Source of the DNA: the human T2T-CHM13v2.0 reference genome, Homo sapiens
Assembly (NCBI RefSeq): GCF_009914755.1
Contig: NC_060947.1
DNA: 64,000 bases
Strand: one strand, 5' to 3'
The notes beneath the pieces were generated by a model. It saw only the letters and a list, made by a program, of their open reading frames with translations, was not told the origin of the DNA and did not search any database. Position numbers and translations under genes: made by a program. Below, piece after piece: positions 1 to 15,934 of the stretch. How positions within the stretch are numbered: position 1 is the stretch's first letter; each line of letters opens with the position of its first letter.

Positions 1-1
1 T

Positions 2-184
<183 letters not shown>

Positions 185-672
185 TTAGGCTTTTGTTGCC
201 ATTGCTTTTGGTGTTTCAGACATGAAGTCCTTGCCCATGCCTATGTCCTGAATGGTAATGCCTAGATTTTCTTCTAGGGTTTTTATGGTTTTAGGTCTAA
301 CGTTTAAGTCTTTAATCCACCTTGAATTGATTTTTGTATAAGGTGTAAGGAAGGGATCCAGTTTCAACTTTCTACATATGGCTAGCCAGTTTTCCCAGCA
401 CCATTTATTAAATAGGGAATCCTTTCCCCATTGCTTGTGTTTCTCAGGTTTGTCAAAGATCAGATGGCTGTAGATGTGTGGTATTATTTCTGAGGGCTCT
501 GTTCTGTTCCATTGGTCTATATCTCTGTTTTGGTTGCAGTACCATACTGTGTTGGTTACTGTAGCCTTGTAGTATAGTTTGAAGTCACGTAGTGTGATGC
601 CTCCAGCTTTGTTCTTTTGGCTCAGGATTGACTTGGTGATGCGGGCTCTTTTTTGGTTCCATATGAACTTTA

Positions 673-1554
<882 letters not shown>

Positions 1555-1557
1555 TCA

Positions 1558-2121
<564 letters not shown>

Positions 2122-2188
2122 TCATTAATTTTTTGAAGGGTTTTTTGTGTCTCTATTTCCTTCAGTTCTGCTCTGATTTAGTTATTTA

Positions 2189-2824
<636 letters not shown>

Positions 2825-4740
2825 TTATTTTATGAATCTGGGTGCTCCTGTATTGGGTGCATATATATTTAGGATAGTTAGCTCTTCTTGTTGAATTGAT
2901 CCCTTTACCATTAATAATGGCCTTCTTTGTCTCTTTTGATCTTTGTTGGTTTAAAGTCTGTTTAATCAGAGACTAGGATGGCAACCCCTGTTTTTTTTTT
3001 TTTGTTTTCAATTTGCTTGGTAGATCTTCCTCCATCCTTTTATTTTGAGCCTATGTGTGTCTCTGCCCGTGAGATGGGTTTCCTGAGTACAGCACACTGA
3101 TGGGTCTTGACTCTTTATTCAATTTGCCAGTCTGTGTCTTTTAATTGGAGCATTTAATCCATTTACATTTAAAGTTAATATTGTTATGTGTGAATTTGAT
3201 CCTGTCATTATGATGTTAGCTGGTTGTTTTGCTCATTAGTTGATGCAGTTTCTTCCTAGTTTCGATGGTCTCTACATTTTGTCATGATTTTGCAGCGGTT
3301 GGTACCTGTTGTTCCTTTCCATGTTTAGCGCTTCCTTCAGGAGCTCTTTTAGGGCAGGCCTGGTGGTGACAAAATCTCTCAGCCTTTGCTTGTCTGTAAA
3401 GTATTTTATTTCTCCTTCACATGTGAAGCTTAGTTAGGCTGGATATGAAATTCTGGGTTGAAAATTCTTTTCTTTAAGAATGTTGAATATTGGCCCCCAC
3501 TCTCTTCTGGCTTGTAGGGTTTCAGCCGAGAGATCCGCTGTTAGTCTGATGGGCTTCCCTTTGAGGGTAACCCAACCTTTCTCTCTTGCTGCCCTTAACA
3601 TTTTTTCCTTCATTTCAACTTTTGTGAATCTGACAATTATGTGTCTTGGTGTTGCTATTCTCGAGGAGTATCTTTGTGGCGTTCTCTGTATTTCCTGAAT
3701 CTGAATGTTGGACTGCCTTGCTAGATTGGGGAAGTTCTCCTGGATAATATCCTGCAGAGTGTTTTCCAACTTGGTTCCATTCTCCCTGTCACTTTCAGGT
3801 ACACCAATCAGACGTAGATTTGGTCTTTTCTCATAGTCCCATATTTCTTGGAGGCTTTGCTCGTTTCTTTTTATTCTTTTTTCTCTAAACTTCCCTTCTC
3901 ACTTCATTTCATTCATTTCATCTTCCATCACTGATACCCTTTCTTCCAGTTGATCGCATCGGCTCCTGAGGCTTCTGCATTCTTCACGTAGTTCTTGAGC
4001 CTTGGTGTTCAGCTCCATCAGCTCCTTTAAGCACTTCTCTGTATTGGTTATTCTAGTTATACATTCTTCTGAATTTTTTTCAAAGTTTTCAACTTCTTTG
4101 CCTTTGGTTTGAATTTCCTCCCATAGCTTGGAGTAATTTGATCATCTGAAACCTTCTCTCAGCTCATCAAAGTCATTCTCCATCCAGCTTTGCTCCATTG
4201 CTGGTGAGGAACTGTGTTCCTTTGGAGGAGGAGAGGCACTCTGCTTTTTAGAGTTTCCAGTTTTTCTGCTCTGTTTTTTCGCCATCTTTGTGGCTTTATG
4301 TACTTTTGGTCTTTGATGATGGTGATGTACAGATGGGTTTTTGGTGTGGATGTCCTTTCTCTTTGTTAGTTTTCCTTCTAACAGACAGGACCCTCAGCTG
4401 CAGGTCTGTTGGAGTACCCGGGCGTGTGAGGTGTCAGTCTGCCCCTGCTGGGGGATGCCCACCAGTTAGGCTGCTCAGGGGTCAGGGGTCAGGGTCCCAC
4501 TTGAAGAGGCAGTCTGCCCATTCTCAGATCTCCAGCTGCGTGTTGGGAGAACTACTGCTCTCTTCAAAGCTGTCAGACAGGGACATTTAAGTCTGCAGAG
4601 GTTACTGCTGTCTTTTTGTTTGTCTGTGCCCTGCCCCCAGAGGTGGAGCCTACAGAGGCAGGCAGGCCTCCTTGAGCTGTGGTGGGCTCCACCCAGTTCG
4701 AGCTTCCCGCCTGCTTTGTTTACCTAAGCAAGCCTGGGCA

Positions 4741-4815
4741 ATGGCGGGTGCCCCTCCCCCAGCCTCGCTGCCGCCTTGTAGCTTGATCTCAGACTGCTGT
4801 GCTAGCAATCAGTGA
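4741..4815 (+). pseudogene. L1 antisense ORF0 remnant, truncated at codon 25, in the L1 antisense promoter region
   Basis: ATGGCGGGTGCCCCTCCCCCAGCC translates as MAGAPPPASLPPCSLISDCCASNQ followed by TGA at 4813-4815. Donor CCAG|GTGCGG at 4847. Confidence 0.85.
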
Positions 4816-5169
4816 GACTCCGTGGGCGTAGGACCCTCCGAGCCAGGTGCGGGATATAATCTCCTAGTGCGCTTTTTAAAGTGCTTCGGAAAAGCACAGT
4901 AGTTGGGTGGGAGTGACCCAATTTTCCAGGTGCCATCTGTCACCACTTTCTTTGACTAGGAAAGGGAACTCCCTGACCCCTTGCACTTCCCGAGTGAGGC
5001 AATGCCTCGCCCTGCTTTGGCTCACGCACGGTTCACGCACCCACTGACCTGTGCCCACTGTCTGGCACTCTCTAGTGAGATGAACCCAGTACCTCAGATG
5101 GAATTGCAGAAATCACCTGTCTTCTGCATCGCTCACGCTGGGAGCTGTAGACCGGAGCTGTTACTATTC

Positions 5170-5180
5170 GGCCATCTTGG
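5170..5180 (-). promoter_or_regulatory. YY1 site of the L1 internal promoter
   Basis: CCAAGATGGCC on the minus strand, about 10 nt from the L1 5' end. Confidence 0.85.
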
Positions 5181-5754
5181 CTGCTCCCCAAGGGTCCTTG
5201 TTCATTGTTATATTTTCAATGTTCAGCAGTATTCCTGACACATAGTGGTTACACAATGAAGGTACATTGAAGTGAATAGATTCAAACCTTTGAGTACCTG
5301 TGTGCGTAGAAGCCATCAATCTTGGACTTCAGCTCAATATATTCTTTCAATAAATACAATTTTTTAATTGTATAACTCAAATGACACTGAGCATCTCACT
5401 AGTTTATGGACTGTCTTGAATGCCACGGCACTCTCTTATTCATCTACCCCAATCCTCTAGCATCTAGCCTCGTCCTGGCACATAACCAGTGCTTAATTTA
5501 TAGTTCATGAATGGATTTCATTTTTGAATTTTTTTGTTTTTAAAATCTCATCCTTTGAAAGCACAAGTAGAAAAACATTCTGTTTTGTCAGGCCACACAT
5601 TTAGATTTTCTATTTGGAAAATAGGGATTCTGTACCTGTATGCTAGGAACTGGGTTAGCTATGCCACCAACACCATCCTTTCCCTTTCTTGACTTCTACT
5701 CATTGTCTAGACCACACAGCCCAACACTCAACACTCAATTTTATTGATAATAAC

Positions 5755-5977
5755 GAAGTAATTGCTATTTCCTCTGTGCCAGGTACTATGATAAGCATGT
5801 TGATATTTATTCTTACATTCACTTCTCCATGAGATAAATACCATTATTAGCCTTATTTTACAGATGGGGAAAGTCAGGATCACAAAAAGTTACACAACAC
5901 ATAATTGGTGGATCTGGAATTCAAATTCAAACCCAGGTGAGTCTGACTACAAAGGCACACACTCTCAACCATTATGT
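5755..5977 (-). mobile_element. MIR SINE fragment
   Basis: tgtgccaggtact...attttacagatggggaaa...ggaattcaaa..cccagg..gtctgact resembles the MIR core in antisense. Confidence 0.7.
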
Positions 5978-6276
5978 CAGTGGCTTTCAAATATTTGTCC
6001 ACTACCCACAGTAAGAAATTCACTTTAAATTGCAAATCTCTATACACTATTAAACTTATGCATGTGTGTATATAACATACATATGTATGTGTGTTTATAT
6101 ATAATAAATATAACTATATATAATACATACATAACAGATAGTTTCACAAACCAATACCTGGAATGACTGCTATTTTTTATTCTATTCTGTTCTGTTCTTT
6201 AAAACACAAATATCTATACGCTGTATTGATTTCACAACTCACTAATGAATTGTGACCACCAGTTTGGAAAACACTG
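5978..6276. mobile_element. hAT-Charlie type non-autonomous DNA transposon (MER-class MITE)
   Basis: TIRs CAGTGGCTTTCAAA...TTTGGAAAACACTG; degenerate 8-bp flanks cattatgt/cactacac with central TA. Confidence 0.7.
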
Positions 6277-6289
6277 CACTACACTGTGC

Positions 6290-6995
6290 TAAATCCTGAA
6301 ACTTATTTGTCCTTCACCACCTCCATTGCTACCACCTTAGTCCAGGACACCATCATCTCATGCTTGAATTATGGAAAGAACTCCTTCGCTGGGCTGTTTA
6401 CTTTTGCTCTTGCCCCATTCTTAACACAACAGCCAGAGGAATCTTTTCCAAGTCTAAACCATGTCAATCCTATTCAAAACTCTCCAAAAATTTCCCATCA
6501 CATTCAGAATAAAATCTGAACTCCCAATCAGCCTACAGAGGCTTGCATATGCTAGACACTGCCTACCTTTCTGATGTCATGTTTTTCTCCTCTCCCCTTT
6601 GCTGGCTATGCTCCAATCACATAGGCCTTCTTTGTGTTCCTTGAACACCACAGCTCGCTCCTGATAAAGGTTTTTGCACTTGCTTTCCCTCGATCTGGAT
6701 CACTCTGTGCTCCAATTTTCTTGTGCCTGGCTCTTTCTCCTCCTTCAGATTTTAGCACCAATGTCATATCTTCAGAGAGGAATATTCTGACCACTTCATA
6801 TCAAGTAGCTCCTTAAACCAACCCAATTTTCTTTCTTATAACACCACCATCTTATTTTCCACATAGCACTCTATCACCATCCAAAATTACTCTAATTTTT
6901 ATATATGATTATTGTCTGTCTTATTCACTGTTGCATTCCCAGCACCCAAAACAATGACTGGAACATAGTAGTTGTTAAGTAATATATTTGATAAA
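6290..6995 (+). mobile_element. L2 LINE 3' fragment
   Basis: L2-like motifs (ccatcatctca..., ttccttgaacacc..., cccagcacc..aacaatgactggaacatagtag). Confidence 0.65.
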
Positions 6996-7829
6996 GGAGT
7001 GCTTCCTGGTCTACTCCCTCAACTTAAGTCTGAGTACAGGCAATATGCACATTTTTTCTGACTCCTCCAGGGCCCAGCCTAGGCCAGTGCCCACATTTTT
7101 GACACAATTTATGTTTGCCCAGTGGTTGTTTCAGCTGGTCCTTATCAAGAGAAGAACAAGCCTTCTCTTTGTCCTCATAGTCCCTCCAAGAAGCAGGGAG
7201 AGGCAACCATCCTGGTTCCTTCTTGAAGGCCAGAAATGAGGACCAGAGAGAGATTCATGAAAATTCTATACCCAGTCAGTGTCTATAACCCAGGCATTCT
7301 GGAAACTTGGACTCCTTGCATCTAAATCTCATGGTTTTAAGAGAAGAAGTCCTGTCCTAATCAGCACAGGACTCTGGAACCAGATGAGGCATCAGAGTCA
7401 AGGGGCTACTTCATTTAAAGATGGGACACAGGGAAGAGAGGAGGCAACCTCCAGCCCTAGACAGCAGCCTTCTCAGGCAAGGGACTTTGACCTCTCCTGC
7501 TCACAAGGGGTGAGTCAGTGACGAGGTGTGTCCCTCAGTCTCAGGTGGCCCTAGCCACCTAGCAAGAGTGAAAAAAAGCAGATTCAAGGGAATACAGTGT
7601 CTGGTTTCTGGACCTATCAAAGGTTGTCACTAGCAGAGGGAGCAGACTGCTCTGTGTTGCCCCCGGGTGCTTAACTAAGACCTGTGGGTAAAAAATCCCA
7701 GGGAGGTAGATATCAGCTAAGCACAAACATAATATCAATGACAATATGTACTGTTTTGTGAAGCAATGAACTCTCTGTTACTAGAATTGCTCATGCAAAA
7801 TTGTATGAGCACCAACTTAAAGCCATTGA

Positions 7830-8187
7830 CCTAGCAGTTTTTTCACCTCTAAAGGTTCTTCCCTATGATACTTGTATGGCTGGCTGCTTCTTGGCCTTCA
7901 GATCTCAGCCCACATGTCCCTTTCTCAGAGAGGCCTTCCTGACCATCCAATACAGAGTAGCAACCCAGGCAATCCTATTTCAATTCTCTGCTCAACACTA
8001 ATCATTATCTAATACGTATTGTGTTTGTTCCTTGCCCCCACACCATGACAATACCCTCTAAAATATAGGCTTCATGAGAGCAACGACCTTCTTTTGTCTG
8101 TCTTATTTAATTTTATATCCATAGAGGCTAGAGCATTGTGTATCACATTGCTAGTGCTTAATAAATACTTGTTGAATGGCTAAGTGA
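7830..8187 (+). mobile_element. L2 LINE 3' end
   Basis: ttctcagagaggccttcctgacc...gtgcttaataaatacttgttgaatg is typical of the L2 tail. Confidence 0.65.
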
Positions 8188-8351
8188 AAAGGCCAAATGA
8201 CATATGTCAGGAATATTGCAGAAAAGACTTCTACATACTTCTACATACATAGTAAATCTTCTACAAGGTTTACTAGATGACTTTTTTTTATACTAGATAA
8301 CGATTTACTTTATGTTATAATATTATTCAAATCTCTTTAAATATAGATGAA

Positions 8352-8391
8352 GTCTATGGCTATACCACCCTGAACATGCCCAATCTCATCT
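8352..8391 (+). pseudogene. 5S rRNA 5'-fragment retropseudogene (first 40 nt)
   Basis: gtctatggctataccaccctgaacatgcccaatctcatct versus 5S GTCTACGGCCATACCACCCTGAACGCGCCCGATCTCGTCT; most differences are CpG decay. Flanked by AAATATAGATG(A/C)A repeats. Confidence 0.9.
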
Positions 8392-8404
8392 AAATATAGA
8401 TGCA

Positions 8405-8705
8405 AAAAGTCTCAGCAATATGCTAGAGAAGTAAATCTATCAATATATAAAAAGACATATACGTCATTACTGAGAGGTAACCCAGGAAAACAATGTATTT
8501 TTGCATCTGAAAGTCAATTAATGTAACACACCATATTAATAGGATAAATGTCAACAACCACAGGATCATCCAAAAAGATGCTGAAAAATCATTTGAAAGG
8601 TTCAATGCTCCTTCACAATAAAATACTCAATAAATAATAAACAGAAGATAACTTTTTCAACTTACTTTAAAGCATGGATGAAAAGCCCACAGCTAACATC
8701 ATAAA
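8405..8705 (+). mobile_element. Old L1 (L1M) ORF2 fragment within the pseudogene 3' UTR
   Basis: Degenerate match to the L1 RT region (aagtcaattaatgtaacacaccatattaa...gatgctgaaaaatcatttga...cccacagctaacatcata). Confidence 0.7.
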
Positions 8706-8942
8706 AAAAAAGTTTCCCATAAGAAAAAAAAAGTGGAATATGTATATAGTGGATAACGATATCCAGTACCTGCCAAATAAGGAAAGTAAATATTCAAACA
8801 ATTAAAAAAGACTAATTTTTCAATGATCCATTAATTATAGAACAATTAAACTACTATATACATTTACACTTACCTATAAATTAGAAAAACGTTTCAATTT
8901 ACCCACAGATTTAACACACTTTAGAATGAATAGAAAAAAAAA

Positions 8943-11966
<3,024 letters not shown>

Positions 11967-14566
11967 TGTAACTGCCTTTTAAAAAAAGTACCTATTAAAC
12001 TCATGCACTATTTCTTTAAAAGTACCTACTGAATTCTCACTGCAAAGCTTACTTGCAAAAGCAGTGAAAATCCAGTCTAGATATCCTCTTTAATAATGAG
12101 TTACTGATAAACACAATAAATAACTCATATACCATTTCATTCATGTTCTGAATTTTCTCAACCACTCTACAATAATGAGTTTGCATCAGGCTTTCCATAT
12201 TACTTACATTTATAGGATTTCATTCCAATAGATGTCATGTGATTTTTAATATAATTAAAATGGAATATTTCTGTATTTTCCATATTATTATGCATAGTTG
12301 CATAGTAAGGGGCGCATTCTTATATTTATATGGTCCATTTCCAGTGTGCATTATCATGTGTCTTTGAATAAATATGAAAGAAATGAAGGCATTCCCACAT
12401 TTTAGACATTTATAGAGTTTTCCTCCACAATGAGTTATTTTATGTCATCAAATAGAACTGGAAGAGCTGAAAGCCTCATAATATTTCTAACACTCATAAG
12501 GTTTTTCTTCAGAGTCCTTTCCCATTTTCAAACCACATTTCTTCTAGTCATAGGGTTTTTTATTCAGTTTGTTTTGTTTCATATCTTTGAAAGAAACCAA
12601 GAAAATTAAATGCTCTTCTACATTTCTTCCATTCACAAGATTTCACTCCAGTGAGTTCTTTCATGTATTCGAGAATCACCAGTATATCTGAAGGCTTTAA
12701 CCACATTTTTTTAGGTTTATAGAATTTTCATAGGGTTTATCTCTGGTATGAGTTATTCCACGGTTATAAAGATGGCTGGAACAACTGAAGGCTTCCCCAC
12801 ATTCCTTATATTTACAGGGTTTCTCTCCACTATGGTTCTTTTATGTCTATAAAGGTAACTGGAATGACTGAAGGCTTTCCCACATTCCTTACATTAATAA
12901 GGTTTCTCTTGATGATGAATTATTTCATGTCTATAAAGGTTCCTGGAAAGACTGAAGGCTTTACCGCATTTCTTACATTCATAGGATTTGTCTCCACTGT
13001 GAGTTCTTTCATGTCTTTGAATAAAATGCTCAATAAATAATGAACAGAACAGAATGACTGAGGGACTTACCATATTGCTTTCATTAATAGGGTTTCTCTC
13101 CAGAATGATATTTTTCATGGTTATAAAGAGAAATAAAATAGCAAAGGATTTACCACATTTCTTACACTGATAGGGCTTTCCTCCAGAGTGAATACTTTCA
13201 TGTCTTTTATTAAAAAACAAGGGAAAATCAAATGATTTCCCACCTTCCTTATATTCACTGGGCTTTGCTCCAGTGTAAGTTCTTTTATGTATTGGACAGG
13301 AAATAGAAAACCTGAAGAGATTACAATTTTGTTTACATCCACAGGGCTTACTGCAATGGGAATTCTCTGCTGTATTTGAAATAAATTGGAAAAATCAAAG
13401 GCGTTCTCACATACTGTACATTCATAAGGTTCATTTACAATGGGAGTTACCATGTGTCTTTGAGTAGTTGTGAGATAAATGAGGGCTTTCTGACACTGTT
13501 TAGATTTAGATGGCTTCTCTCCACATTCTGCACACTCATATTGTTTGTATCCAGAGTGAGATATAATGTGCCTATGAAGGGACAAGTGATATATGAACAC
13601 TTTTCAACACAATGCATTCATGTAGTTTTACTCCAGTGCTAAGGATTTTTGTTCAGGCTAAGATTTGGAATCTGGGTGAAGGTTTCTCTCCACTGACTAC
13701 ATTATTTAATTTCATCCAGTCTCTTTATCATATGATATCTGGAAAAATGACTACCACATTATTAATGGTTGTCTCATTAATGATTTTCTATTTATTAAAA
13801 GGTCTTTAACTTAGATTGCTACCAATATCAGAAAATTCCAGATTTTCTGCACTGACTAAAGTGTTTGAAAGTAAATGGATTGATTACTCCCCAGCAGAGC
13901 TACCTCCACCATAGCTATTACCAAATATTTATATATGCAGTTTCTTAGCACTGTTTCCAAGTGAACTACTTTGCAAACACTGAGCATTTATGTTACATGG
14001 AAGCATATATTTTTGGTCAACATTTTTTATGAATAAATATATTCAAAGTTTGCTTATTTTTTTGGTTTGCTTGAAGTTAAATGACTGTGACATGCTGAGA
14101 TTCCCTTAAGGAATAATGTTTTCTCTTGTGAGTGGAAATTACCTTAAATCTCTGAAAGAATTTTTTGTACTGATTTTCAATATGTTTGTCTCTCCATTGG
14201 TTTTCTATATAACCCAAGTTCCTTAAGATTTTTTGGATCACATTTTTATGTAGATTCTTCCAGGAAGGACCTTGCAAAGGCCGCTCTTCCCAGGTAAAAG
14301 TCACAATCACATCTTCAAACGCCACTGAGTCCATTTCCTGACTTATTGGGTGTGCTAGCACCCTTTCTGCAGATCTCCCAGTACCTACAGGTCGCAAGGG
14401 TTACAGAGGTTGTGATGAAGCCCCCGTGGGATTCCAGGAGCTGAGGGGAAGAGCAATAGAGATGGGACCCGGACCTCATGCCATGGAAACCAAAGTCTCA
14501 CGAGATTGTGGAAAGCAGTCCCATTCTCTCTGGCTGCATGCCTGATTGGACCTACTAGATGACTTT

Positions 14567-15097
14567 CTTTAACTTTTATTTTAGGTTTAGGGCTATCTGT
14601 GCAGGTTTGTTATATAGGTAAAATTGTGTCATGGGGATTTGGCTGTACAGATTATTTCATCAACCAGGTACTAAGCATAGTATCCATTAGTTATTTTTCC
14701 TAATCCTCTCCCTCCTCACACCATCATCCCTCAAGTAGGTCCCAGTGTCTGTTGTTCCCCTCTATGTGTCCATATGTTCTTATCATTTAGCTCCCACTTA
14801 TAAGTGAGAACACGTGGTGTTTGGTTTTCTGTTCTTGCATTAGTTTGCTAAGGATAATGGCCTCTAGCTCCATCCATGTTCTTGCAAAGGAAATTATCTT
14901 GTTCTTTTTTATGGTTGCATAGTATACCATGGTGTATATGTATCACAGTTTTTTTTTTATCCAGCCTACCGTAGATGGGCCTTTAGGTTGAGTCCATGTT
15001 TTTGCTATTATGAATAGTGCTACAATGAACATACACATACATGTGTCTTTATGGTAGAATAATTTATATTCTTTTGGGTATATACCCGGTAATGGGA
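14567..15097 (-). mobile_element. 5'-truncated older primate L1 3' end (about L1PA12-15)
   Basis: L1 3' UTR in antisense (ttaacttttattttagg...gtgcaggtttgttatatagg...gctcccacttataagtgagaac). Flanked by TACTAGATGACTTT and TACTAAATGACTTTT. Confidence 0.88.
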
Positions 15098-15197
15098 TAC
15101 TAAATGACTTTTAAGGTTTTTGCAGTTTCAAACACAAAGGTATCAGAGCTTGTGACATGTGTGAGGCAACCATATGGGTCTCAGAGTTGTTCTTGAG

Positions 15198-15399
15198 AAG
15201 TGATTCTCAAAGTGAAGTCCCCAAGCCAGGAATATCAGCATTATCTGGGAACTTGTTAGAAATGCAAATCCTTGAGCTTCACCCAGACCGACTGCACCCA
15301 GGCCAACTGAATCATAAACTTTTGTGGAAGGGCTGAGAATGTGTGTTTAGATATGCTCTTCAGGTAATTCTGATGCATGCTCAAGTTTGAGAATCACTG
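15198..15399. mobile_element. MER5A-like hAT MITE
   Basis: agtgattctcaaagtg...gggaacttgttagaaatgcaaat...gtttgagaatcactg; 8-bp flanks ttcttgag/gtctagag. Confidence 0.85.
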
Positions 15400-15934
15400 G
15401 TCTAGAGAAAGCAGTAGTTGGCTCCCTATGGCAGCCCAACACACAGCACTAGGCAGGGCACATCTTATTCCTACTTCCATGGCCTCAACTGCCACCTTTC
15501 TGTATCTCGCCAAGACCCTCGCCAAGGCTCTTGGTATTGCCTTACATTCAAATTGTCTAAATGAGAACTTACAGAATTCTCCCCAAACCTGACTCTTTTC
15601 CCTTGAGCCAAATTTTGTCCTTTACACAGAATCCCTCAGACTCCAAATCCTGAGTCCTTCTATTTCCCTCTCTCTTTCAAATAGTCACCAAATCCTGTTG
15701 AGTCTTTTGGACAGCACCTGTTGCATCTGTCTTTTTCTTTTCATCTCCACTGTTTTCCCCCTTCCATTTCTTCCCCTCCACAGCCTGAGCCTTCATGGCC
15801 TCATCTCAGTGGACTAGCTCCTAGTTGATCTTTCTGCTTCCAGCTTCCACTGGGAGGCAAAAATGGCCTCCAGAGCTTTGTTCACAGGAGCTCCCACTCT
15901 CAGCATAGAATACCCTTCATCCTTATTACCATGC

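Noticed and set aside
12843-14397. Functional ZNF or KRAB-only protein
   Set aside because: The fingers are frameshifted with lost Cys/His residues, and the KRAB-A core is degraded (EERPLQGPSWKNLHKNVI instead of EEWALL...LYRDVM).
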